Positions 13,656-25,561 of a DNA stretch of 64,000 bases are shown piece by piece (the stretch's first letter is position 1; each line of letters opens with the position of its first letter). The stretch is from Ylistrum balloti (Eukaryota): positions 310,001-374,000 of the forward strand of contig NW_026782038.1 of assembly GCF_031769215.1 (NCBI RefSeq). The letters are read 5' to 3'. The notes beneath the pieces are model-generated. The model was given only the letters and a program-made list of their open reading frames with translations. It was not told the origin of the DNA and ran no database searches. Made by a program: the position numbers and the translations under genes.

Positions 13656-15473
13656 TTAAACCAAAGGAGATTCTGTCGAAAGTTCTCTAGTTGTAGTAAC
13701 GTCTGTATTTGAAATTCCGGTAACGTTGTTTAGTTCATCCCCAGGTTTTTGAGAGACAGTTTCTGGTAATGAAGAATCGTTTACAATTTTTTCCACCACA
13801 TTCATAGGTTCGATAAATTGTTGCAATTCCGGGACTGTGACACGATTTGAGGAACTAGCTGAAATTTCAAATCCGCTGTCGATCTTTGCTGTAGGAAGGC
13901 TATCGAATGCGCCTTGGAACCCTCCGAGATCAGCATCTGATGAAACTGTTCCCGTAATGGAAATTGTTGGATCTTCTGGTTTACACATGCGTTGTGTACA
14001 TTCAGCCTAAAAATGAAACAGAAAATGACATGAATAGCTTAAGTATAATCAATGATAATTTCATAAAGTGAAGGTATGCTACGAAAATGCAACGTATACC
14101 AGTTAACCTTAAGTACCATTTTTAGTTGTCATGTTCATCATCTAATAAATATACACGGAGAACCTTTGTGAAGTAGGTCATTCATATTATGAAATTCGAT
14201 ATACTTCACGACTTTAAAAATTACAATTTGATTTGTTATCATTTTGATATGCAAATGATGGAGTTTATAACTTACCGCGCCATACATGTTATTACAGGAG
14301 CACGTGTTTCCGCAAACGTCGATCGTGATAGATCCACCCAGAGGGATAAAGGTATAGTCGAGGCGACATCCCAGGCGACACTCGCACGCAACGGAGGGAA
14401 TGTAGCTAGGACAAATGTATTCCTCCGCAAATACACACTCAGCTCCAGTATCACAACCACTGAAGACAAGAGAAATAGAACATGTCAACTGGCATATCTT
14501 TAAACATGCTGTAATGTAAGCAGTTTCATTCAATACTTAATGAGTACATAATAATAGTCTCACTAAAAGCATTTACTGGCAAATAGTAGGAGTGATTGTT
14601 GGTTTGTTTTTTAACATAAAATACTTACGTCTGATGGCAGCTCGAGTTCTGTTTTTCTCCTTCGACTCCGGGGAAAATTTTGTTAGTGTCAGGTAATCCT
14701 ATTTCAGGAAATGTCATGTCGGGAAGTCCCGTGTCAGGGAGGTTGGAATCGGATGCATCAGTAATGATCACTGGAGTTATAATTGGGAGCTCCTCTCCAT
14801 TACCGGGATCTGTAACGACTATGGAACTGATTCCTGTGTCAGATGATGGAGAGTCTGGTGTTGTTGCTTGATCTCCGTTTTTGTTTTGTTCTTGAACGAC
14901 TGGTTTCCCATCAGCATCCACATCTTTGGTCTTAAAGCCTATACCGGTCTCGACTCCCGAAATCAGTATTTTGTCTCCAGTATCAAACATGGAGTTGATG
15001 CCAAGATTTGGGAATGTTGGTACGGAACTAGCAAAATCTGGTGTCCCAACAACATTCACATCACTAGGGATAACTCCAGCTTCTCGGGGAACAACGAATC
15101 CCGTATTTACGATACCGCTGTTTTCATGGTTGATGGTACCGCCAGTAGTGGGGAAAACATACCTCTTATTCAACCCAAGGTCACTTGAAGGGACTATAAA
15201 GTTTGGTGTTACCGTCGCTTGCGGATGAAATGTATTTATGTTAGCAGGAAAGCTTGGTCTGTAGAAAGGTCCATGGCCTTTTGTTGGGTAGATAGTCCCC
15301 ATACCTTTTCGGACCATATAGGTGGGATACCTGTGAATATAAATTCGATGAGGAATGACAACACGACGGTGGATGAGCGGTGATACAATTTTCCTTCGAT
15401 GATATATGATATGTCCACAACAGTCGGAAAGGATTCCAAGTACTGCTACAGCGAACAACAGAATGGTATTCAT
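13656..15473 (-). CDS. Gene B: secreted 459-aa protein; signal peptide, His/Arg-rich head, acidic P/T/D region, 12-Cys domain, acidic S/T tail
   Basis: join(15473-14629, 14459-14276, 14006-13656), phases 2 and 0, GT-AG. Signal peptide MNTILLFAVAVLGILSDCCG. Domain CHQTGCDTGAECVFAEEYICPSYIPSVACECRLGCRLDYTFIPLGGSITIDVCGNTCSCNNMYGAAECTQRMC, then a 108-aa tail ending STESPLV*. Confidence 0.92.
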
Positions 15474-17539
15474 TGTCTTTTACAGTTTATACTTCAGATT
15501 GATACGTAAAAAAATCCTGTATAGATATAAAGTCCTCTTGGATTGTATAGAACTAATGCTTTAGTCAATGGCTGTGTTATTTCTGGTTTGGACATTATTC
15601 TGTGGATCTATATATACAGACAATGTCTACTTGATGACGTACGTATTGGTCATAACATGTGCATCTTATTGTCACGGAAAGCAGGTTGTTGTGGTCTGTC
15701 GGATGTGCAACGGCATGAAACGATGACGCATACACATGTTTCCCCTACAATTGTACGCGATCCCGGTGACGTAGAGCGGCACTTCCTACGTGAGACAGCA
15801 TCAAACTGTCAACATGGACAATAAAAGTGTCCGAATGGTGGCAGGTCATAGAGGAAATGACCACTGTCATCAGATTACAATTAGCGTGGAATGCCGTGAA
15901 GTAATTAACAGTCGATAAACAAACAAACTTCGAAAACATTCCAACGTGATGCCATTGACTAAGAATACCAAAAAGAACAATAAGGGACTTCCCGAGTATA
16001 CAATAAACTCTTAGCGCATGTCAGGTGACAAAGTATTGCTGTGTAATGTACTCAGACATATGGATACCTTCTGGCCTTGTTGGAGCTAAATCAAAAGAAA
16101 CCTTCATAGGATGTTGTTTAGTGCATCTTTAATTCAAACAATTAAATACAGACTTAACAGACATCTGCTTAAATTACGTCAATTTTATTCGTCAAGATTC
16201 GGTTGACCTTCCAGTTGCTCTTGTAAGTAAATTATGCTGATCTTCAAGAACATTTATTATTTCAGTCTTGTAGTTAAAGTTAATTAACCAACAATTTGAT
16301 TTTAAAAAGCAACAAAAAGGAAATTATAAGCGAGTTCAGACAAAAAATGAATATCAGACTAGAATGCGGTATGGTCCTAAAATGGTTTGAAGGTGACACT
16401 AATTACAAAAATTGTATATAAGTGATTTTCATAGATCGGTATCGAAAACAGGCGATAGTGTAAACACGAATCAATCACAATCGAGGATAAACACTATCGA
16501 GATGACGTGTTTGCCTGGGGACTGTCTGAGAGCAGGAGTATATTTTCCGGTGATATGATGCCGTGCAGTATTCCCAGATGATGGAATACAAGAATGAAAC
16601 CTCAATCTGAGGTATGATAAATTCAATTTTTGGTTTTTCTCTTCCGTTACAACCAGGATCCAATATGTAACTGCTATACATATATTTACTATGGTCACAT
16701 ATTCTAAACTTTGCAAATTGTTTTCCTTTTAAGCTGTAGTTTATGACTACTAGATAAGTTTGGAAATTTGTCTCATTTTCTCAATCTAATACTGGTCATT
16801 TCACATATTTTATATTTAAGTCTCAGAGGAGACTATTTTCATCACTAAATTCACTTGTATTTTTGCCTTATTTTTATGACAGTGATTACAAGAAGCAGCT
16901 TCGTATATACGACGGCTATGTGGTCACTTCAGTTTGGTGTAATGTTGATTCATGTAAAGTTTTATTAGTTGAAACTTCCTCTATAATCAAAGGGTTGGAT
17001 TTAGAATGCAAAATTCTGGACACATTGCTGGACGCTTGTGAATATATGATTAATTTGGACATTGGCCTGCCCTGTAGGCAATATTGACATTTTTATCTAA
17101 CTTGTTGAAATAATATGAATAATAGATTACAGATACTCTGTAAATACAAATCGATCGAACGCCCTTTTTTCTTGTCATTATAAGACTTTTGATATCGATC
17201 TATGTACCGAATTTCAATATTCAATTTAATTAACTTTATTCCGTATGCAAATATCATATAGGATTACATGTTAAGTACATACATATTATAACAAAACTTT
17301 GTATAAGATAAAGGAGAACATTTGCCACTATATATATATAAACATATACACATGTATATATATACAAAAAAAACATGAATAAAGCATCACGCACTACGTC
17401 ATAACATTATGATGTCATCATGAAAAATTAATAACAAGCAACCTGAACAGCAAGAGGGCTAATAAAATACCAGAAGTCAACATTTTTTCTATTTGTACCA
17501 ATGTAGAAATTGATGTGCACTGTTTTACCTCATAACTTT

Positions 17540-17840
17540 ATGAAAAGAGCACGAGAACCGATATACAACCATGTGTTAATTTCATCTTCATATTACATAT
17601 TAGATACCTACCAAAATTACGAAGAGTTTTCACATTATTGTTTGAAAACGATTGAAATAATTTGAAAACAAATGGTCGATGATAAAAGTTTGGTTTGATA
17701 TGTAATGATATTACTTCTAAATATGCTGGACATAATAGTATGAAATGAGTTTTATCCTCAACTTCGTTTTCGTCACTCAGCGTGCACAGTCTTTGATTTA
17801 TATGAAGGCCATGAAATCTTCCAGTCTCAATATACATGTA
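17540..17840 (-). mobile_element. LINE ORF2 3' end fragment (C-terminal Cys/His knuckle), decayed
   Basis: YIETGRFHGLHINQRLCTLSDENEVEDKTHFILLCPAY matches the IETGR..R.C..C....EDE.HF...C motif at the end of LINE ORF2 proteins. Decayed sequence probably continues to about 18230. Confidence 0.75.
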
Positions 17841-19959
17841 TTTATCTTTAAAGTAAGTGGCTTGATGAGATAGGATTGTGTAGCAAACTGGTCTTCGATA
17901 TGTTTATACATGAATATAATACACTTTGAAGAATTATCGAAACCATTTCTTAATACTTGAATAAATTAATTATGTGTCCGTTGTTTATAGGAAGAAATCT
18001 TTTTCATTAAGTACCTGCCAATCATACGTCCCTAAAACCCAACCTATAAAGCTCCTGTTTTATATTAAAGACCCAGCTTGTCTGACAATTGGGCTTCTTT
18101 GTATTTAGTTCTAACGATTCAACATGACACTTCCTCAATATTCAGCTATCAGTCTTAAAAGTTTCGACCAATATTTTATATTATATATTAATAAATATAT
18201 AGGTATATTAGTATCGGCATAACAAGTGCTTGAAACAGTTTACAGTGAGCCAAACATAAACATTTTTACTTTATGTGTATGGTTTTAAAGCAGACAGTAC
18301 GTTTAAGCTATTTAGAGACAGCTCCGTCATCGAATGTGTCAGTTTGTCTTACCAGTTGAAATTTCTTTCCTTTTTATATAACTTGATTGCCTTCGAATAT
18401 GTTCAGTTGGTCATTTGATTAGAATATCATAGACTACTTTTATAATGTTATTATTATTCAACAATATCAGAAATAGGAGCACTATATGACACTCTTTGAT
18501 AAACACGAAATCACTCATGCATTTCCAACGTAGAGACTGTCGATGTTACGAAAGTTGTTTGTATGTTTACTATTGTCAACAACAATATATCATCATACGG
18601 GAATTGATCAACTGTAAACATTGTCTAGACAACAACAATAAAAACTGATTGACCAACAAGTCATAAATCAAGGCCATATTTCAAGTTATCACCCGATTGC
18701 CTTGTCATATGTTCGCGTTTTATACGTGTTATATAGCTAATTGTGACATCACCTTAGATTATGAAATGACGTCATATATACACAGATGTCATTGTGACGT
18801 TACAACTGAGATCATAGATAAAGAGCGAACATGACTTAAAGTTTGACGTAAAAATGTCCGTTTTCTATCGTAAGTGTTTGAGAAGTCGATCGTGTGATAA
18901 AATGGATCTCAGATTCGTTTCCATATGATATGTGATTTATGACAGGCATATTAAATCCTGTATGTCTCTCCTCATATTACATATAAGAAATGCCAGCTTA
19001 TCTTATAAGACATATTTAATTATCTTGTACTACATATATAGTAACAAAACATAATTGATACATAGCACATTACAGGGTTTATTATAGACTGTTTCAGAAA
19101 TGTTCATGTAGGTATGAAACTACTTTGTTGTGGTCGTTATCACAGAACTTTGCAAGAAAACAAACTGCAGCGCAATGTGTTGTTGATCAGCAGAAATTGT
19201 TGGTTACACCATAAATTTTAGACCATAAATTCAATAAAACGACACTCCAATACTGACATTGATATTCGGAATCCCTACACACTGAGCTGTTTGGTGAAGT
19301 TTTGAACTTACATTAGCTAATCTTAAAATCTTATATTTACATTTGATAATGACGTATTTCCATCAAACATTTGAAAAACACAAATATACACAAAACATAC
19401 ACACATTGCTAAAAACCCGTGAGTTCAATGCCATATACTCTGGCGTTATTGACAACACAAACAGAAATAAATTAGTTCTAAGAGCAAATAATCAACCTGG
19501 AGCTTTATTTACTTTAAGCAAATATATACACATATGAATCTCAACGATACAATTGCTGACATCTACTACCAATTTCTTATATATAGTGTGACCGAAATGT
19601 ACCGACAGCCACTTTCTATTGGTGTGTGATCATGTATATATAATCAGAGACGTATATATATGTTATATATGTCTCTGATATAATCACCTTAACATGGCTC
19701 TCCGCTCTCTCTAAAAGGACTTCAGCATCCAACTCGCCGATTGATTTTTGGAAACTTTCATATCATTGATCTCGATTGTAGTTTCTAACTTTTGTTTTCT
19801 GCGATTTGTGTGCTTTTGATGCATGTTTTTGTGATGTAACTTGTGAACTAGTTTGTATCTTGATAAAGTGACGGATTTGACAATTGACTTGTCGGTTCTA
19901 TTGTTATTACTTCATTGGGTCGGTAAGCTTCATCTGGGGTCTAACTGTCTGTGTACTGA

Positions 19960-20260
19960 ATGAAGTGTCGTTACTTAGTTCAATGTTTAGGATTACTATA
20001 GCCATAATACTACATCCCGGCCTATAACATGTAAGGACAACAAATTATCCATGTTCCAGTGTGTGAATGTGGTAACGAATGTGAAAATTACTTTTTATAG
20101 TATATCATATAAAGCAGCTTGATATTTTATAAGACGTCCCATTATTGTAATGTCACAAGTAATGTTCTTCTCTGTGGCTCTCTAAACCTGTCGGATGAGC
20201 AAAATACAAATATTTTTCAGTTCGTTTACACTTTTATCAAAAACAGTAAGGTCATCTGTA
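19960..20260 (+). mobile_element. LINE ORF2 3' end fragment, decayed
   Basis: Translations CECGNECENYFL and LLCGSLNLSDEQNTNIFQFVYTFIKNSK match the C.CG...E...F...C / LL.G...LS...N..IF..V..FI..S terminus of L2/CR1-group LINEs. Confidence 0.65.
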
Positions 20261-22704
20261 AAAATCTTCCATGGTACACTAGTAGTACATATTTCTTTCT
20301 CCTTCGTTTCCGTACTTCTGTACTGAGAAATATTCAATTTCTGTTCTACTTTTCATCTCTTCTCTTCTAAAATATGCATATGTAGCAAATCAGATTTGAT
20401 GAAAGTGTTTACTATTGTAGATATATTAGATCTGTGTGCACTGTAATTTTTTGGAGAAGGCGTCTTTAAGTTGTGATGATTTGTGCCTAATCCCATTTGT
20501 TATATTGAACAAATAAGATATGTTTTATCAAAATCCAATCAACAAACTGAGAGTCTTCCGGTACATAATGTTGCTATCACCAGTCCGTACCTTCTTCACA
20601 CTCTGTACAATCTGCCTGTATTGTACGAGTCAAGAATAACCCAAAACGATCTTGCAAGACTCTGCGGAAAAACAACCCAAGGTCAACGAGATAAAAAATC
20701 TTGAAAACTCAATCAAATTTGTATTTTGAGATAAAGGAGACAGAAAATTATCCCAAAACGTTTCATAAAATTATCTTCTATACATCTGATAGTGTTTTTG
20801 ATGTACATATAAGTTTCTAAGACTCGGCAGGATTCCGTTGAATACTTATACTCTGGCAGCTATGTACTGGTCATCACTTCCTGAATGACCACAGGGGACT
20901 GTGAGTGATGGATATGGGCCGCGTTACGTCACGAAACACTGACCAATAGCGAGTATATTCTGCATGGTCACGGCTTATTAAACACAAGGTAATTCCTCTT
21001 CTCTGACCACTACCGTAAACACATGAGACACTCGGACCATACTGGTCATTCAACAGTCTTACTATTTAGTCATACTGTACGCATGGTCAGTGTACTTACC
21101 GGCTGTAATGAAGGTAATAAAGAGTGGTCAGTTCTTGTGGTCATTGATAATTAATGACGAATAACAAAGCGACCGACGGGAACTATAGATTGATAATCAT
21201 ATCTTCTAAATAAGTCTGAATGTTCGCTTTTCATTTTATACATGCACAGAATATTGATGAATCATGCCTTGTCACTACTTAAATATCATTTAATAAAAGG
21301 ATTGAATGTGTTAAAGACTTGTCATGGTTTTTATTTTGGTTCTCGATAAAACACTTACGCTTAACTCAATAATGTTTTAATGACACCGCCAAAACCCATG
21401 GGCAACATTACAAATGTGGAGGTTACAAAGTTGAAATTTAAGCGATTGTTTCTGGTGAACAATTTCTCGAAACGCCTGATGTGGACCCATTCTCATTCTG
21501 TCCTTCTCAACTTTTTAGCTTCTCTTTTCTGTAGGCTATAGTTCTTAACTCGACACAAAAACTAGTATTTTGGGCGCTGTACTGAAAAATCCCAATAAAA
21601 CCGTCAAATCTTCGCTCCGTTATAGAAAATAGAGGCTCATTACTATAACATAATTCTATCAACGACCAGTCTTGCCCAATAAAAACCTTCCAAATATGCC
21701 CTGTAGGTAATGAATATGTTAGGGGTCTCTACGAGCGAACAGAGTAGAGGCGATTCTTACTCCTGTGAACCCTTTTTACGACCGTTAACACCTTCAGAAT
21801 CGGATTGAAAAGTAATGTGTCATTACAGTATACGAGAATGCTGGTATGAACCAAATCTGCAATAATTGTATCTTTGAATGTCTTTGTTACAATATAAAAA
21901 ATATACATGTTTTACAAATGTCAGCGTTTCTTATCACAACAGCAACATCCATATTTATCTTAACATTGTCAGATAACATAAAACTGCAGCGGAACATAAC
22001 GCTGACAAAATTACTTCCTTGTAAAATTACATGACTCGACTTGATTTTTCGTTAACAATTCACATCCAAAAATAATTTAAGTATGACCGAAACGAGCTGT
22101 CGTCCTTAATTCTGTCCATCACACTTGAATGTCTCGGTATGAATATGTTTCAATAGTCATTTAGCTAACGAGGGAAACAGAAGGGATGTTAATCCCTGGA
22201 AGTGTTAGAGAAGTTCAACAAGAGGAAACTGGTATGTTTTTACTTGGGGTTAGATAACTAATCAAAGGGAGGCTTGTCTTTTGCTTGTTAGAAAATCACA
22301 GTCAAGGGGCGTATTGATATTTAATTTTATACTGAAGTGAACTGTTTTACAAGAACTTCAATTTATAATACATTCTCCGTGGTGTTTTATTATAACGTTT
22401 AGTATTACATTGGTTTCATTTCAAAGAAAGTTTTAGAAAAAAAGTATAAACTATCTTATGACGAATAATCTTAATCACTAGGAAGTATTCCTATTATTTA
22501 AAGTCTTATATAAATTAGACTGTCAGTGTGTCATCAATTCAACATGCCTCTGTATGACCAATCACTGATCAAAGGAATCGTGAATGAAACATCACCTTAT
22601 GTCGTTTACGTCATGTTGAGTCCAAGAATTCCACAGATGTTTCGTTCATTGATTGGTCAAATATTATATTTTTCATAAACCTACGAAAGGTGTGTGTAGT
22701 GTGT

Positions 22705-22720
22705 TTGACCCGGGGTCAAT
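22705..22720. promoter_or_regulatory. Perfect 16-bp palindrome TTGACCCCGGGGTCAA upstream of gene C
   Basis: Self-complementary, with two RGGTCA-type half sites (TGACCC-CG-GGGTCA). It lies about 155 bp upstream of the TATA box. Function is inferred only. Confidence 0.4.
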
Positions 22721-22874
22721 ATCACCACTGATACTGGTCCGTGAAAATCCTCAGGTACGTCCTTAGATCAATCTTATCTGTCATCACTGTGTGACGTGTG
22801 GAGGGAGATTCCAACTAAATCGTCACATCTGAGTGACGGCATACAGCGGCGGTGACAGGAGAGACAACATCAGG

Positions 22875-22881
22875 TATAAAA
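22875..22881 (+). promoter_or_regulatory. TATA box of gene C
   Basis: TATAAAA at 22875, initiator-like GCAGTC about 26 nt downstream, ACCATG start at 22944. Confidence 0.65.
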
Positions 22882-22943
22882 GTTTTGCACAACCGTTTCC
22901 GCAGTCACTTGAATTCTGTATCGAAGTGTTGAAGGACTACACC

Positions 22944-25561
22944 ATGCTATTCCGTGTTGGACGTTCGCTGTTTGTCGGATTCATATTAAGTGTATCTATT
23001 GCATTGGTGCATGCACAAGGAACTACAACAGGACAACAAAATGGCGTCTCGTTTCCGTCCCAACCAATGTTCTTAGGTCAAGAAACTGGCGCTAATTCCG
23101 GACAAACAGGTTCCAATGGAATGCAAACTCCTAATCTCTTTACTGCTTTCAGTGGTCAATCTCCGGTCACCGTACCAGAAACGACCAATCAGTCTCAATT
23201 TGGACTTGCAACAGTGCCTGTAACAAGCGCCGGAACAACCAATGGTCAGATGACCAACTCTATAGTTCCAAGCACAACGACGGGTACAACTGTCAATACT
23301 GGATTCACTGGTCAGGCTCAAGGAGTAAACGGCTTTCCACCTGCTCCTCCAGCCATAAACTCCGTTTTTCCGACACAAACTGGTGTTCAACCATTTCCAG
23401 GACAGCAAAACAGACCCACCGGGTTCCCAGGACAACCTGCCGTTCAGTCAATGTTTCCTGGTCAGACAGGCCAGGCAACATCAGGACAAATTCCACTATT
23501 TCTAGGACAGCAACCAGGTATGCAGACAGGTTTTCCCGGACAACCAGGCGTACAACCCGGATTTCCAGGGCAACCTCGTCCATCCGTTTTTCCCACAACC
23601 GTTTTTCCCGGACAAGCACAGCCATTTACACCTCAGAACACAGCTGCTTTTCCAGGACAAATAGGAGTTCCGGTCCAAGCCGGAAGTACTGACCAACAAG
23701 GAGCGACCCAGCAGACCGGAAATGCAATTAGTGGAACGAGTCAAATTGCGACAACCAATGGTGGTCAACAACAATCTGGAATTATTACTGGTCAAGGCCA
23801 AACGTTCATCAATGGACAGACAGGACAACAGCCGGGACAATTACCAGGACAGCAAATCCCTGGTGGTCAGTTTGGACCTCAACCTGGACAATTTGGACCA
23901 CAAACCGGACAATTTGGACCCCAGACCGGCCAATTCGGACCTCAAGCTGGACAATTTGGACCAAATGGACAGTTCAGACCCCAGACCGGACAGTTTGGTC
24001 CTAATAATCAGTTTGGTCCAAATCCATTTAACCCCTTCGGACAAAGGCCGGGCCAGTGCCATACAACGTAAGTATTTAAAAATAATTAAATTATATTAAC
24101 ACGCAATGTGCGGCACAGGACTGATGTAATTAAACAACATCAGACGTAAAACACTGTATTATTTAAAATCACGAAGCATTTATAGTCTTGATTAAAAGGC
24201 TAAACAAAGGCTATGTTGTGTTTCAAGTTGTATTCTATAGGGACGTAGTAAAGTTTAATTACCCTCCCGCTGTTTCATGGTTATTAGGAACATTCTGATA
24301 GAGTGGCCAACCTTTAACTTGGTCATAAGTATTCATAAATTCAAGACCTGCAGAAATTAAAACAAAATGTACACAGAATAAACTGATAAAGCTAACTGAA
24401 AAGTAAAACAAAGATTTAAGAGACTGAAACATTCATTTAAAAGTGATTCAGCTAAAGAATATTATATTGAAATACATTATTTATGAATTTTAGAAATAGA
24501 TTTGGGAATTGCTTTATATATGTCGGAAACTTGTGCCCAGATTCATGGTATAGACATACAGAGGTCCAAAAACGATGCGAGTGTTTTTTCTTAAAGTTTG
24601 TCCATTCAAAACATGTTAAAAGAACGACGATATATGTTGTAGCTTCATTAAACAAGATTAATGGTAATCATTGGTCATTGTATTTCTAAATACAACACGA
24701 GTTGTTCATTGTTCTCAGAATAATAAAACAAGGTAAATGATTGATTCGTTTGTTTATTATAAGAATGTTCATGAATGTTTGTATTGCCTTAACGAGTTAT
24801 AAAAACAAAATATGACAAATTACTTTGAAATTTCAATATTATCCTATATTTGTCGTTTCAGAGGTTGCCCAGGTGGATCTCAGTGTGTTTTCGCACCAAC
24901 TGGTGCCCACATGTGTCCAACTTGGATCCCAATTCTGCCCTGCACTTGCCGCCAGGGATGCCAGGCACAGAACCTGTTTATCCCTCTAGGCCAGTCCCGT
25001 CAAATCGACAGGTGTGGAAACACGTGTACCTGTAATAGTCCCGATGGAACGGTAAGTTAAACTTATATAAAGCCGTAATATATCTGATTTTTTCATAAAT
25101 TGTTTTCTGTTAATGTGAGTGTATTACGATGGTTTATTTCCATACCAAAATTTCAAATCTGCTAATATTTTAACTTGCACGTGTATCTTTGTGTACGTTA
25201 TCATAAAATGGTTTTGACGCCCAACAATGAACAATTAATCATTACTAGCCGTCTCTATCTTTTATCTGGTACTAATATACACACGAGTGATCATTAAACA
25301 CCATTTACCTAAGTCTTAGCCATATTTCATGTTTCCTGACGGATCATAACGTCTCAGCACTTACAGGTGTACAGCGGTATGACCCCTGGCACTACAAACG
25401 TTTCGTAACTCCTTCCGGGCATGCGCGATACTAATTTCTTTAATGTCTTCCTCTTGTAGCCTGCGTGTACGATGATGGCATGCCCTTCTCCACAACAACA
25501 ACAGCAACAGCAAGGACAACAAGGACAGCAACAACAGCAACCGCAACAACAGGGAAAATAG
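22944..25561 (+). CDS. Gene C: secreted 471-aa protein; signal peptide, G/Q/T/P/F-rich repeats, 12-Cys domain, poly-Gln tail
   Basis: join(22944-24067, 24862-25051, 25460-25561), phases 2 and 0, GT-AG. The true start is the ACCATG at 22944, not 22833. Signal peptide MLFRVGRSLFVGFILSVSIALVHA. Domain CHTTGCPGGSQCVFAPTGAHMCPTWIPILPCTCRQGCQAQNLFIPLGQSRQIDRCGNTCTCNSPDGTPACTMMAC, tail PSPQQQQQQQGQQGQQQQQPQQQGK*. AATAAA at 25643. Confidence 0.93.

Noticed and set aside
22833-22943. N-terminal extension of gene C given by the ORF track (GTG start at 22833)
   Set aside because: It overlaps the TATA box at 22875. The signal peptide begins at the ACCATG at 22944.
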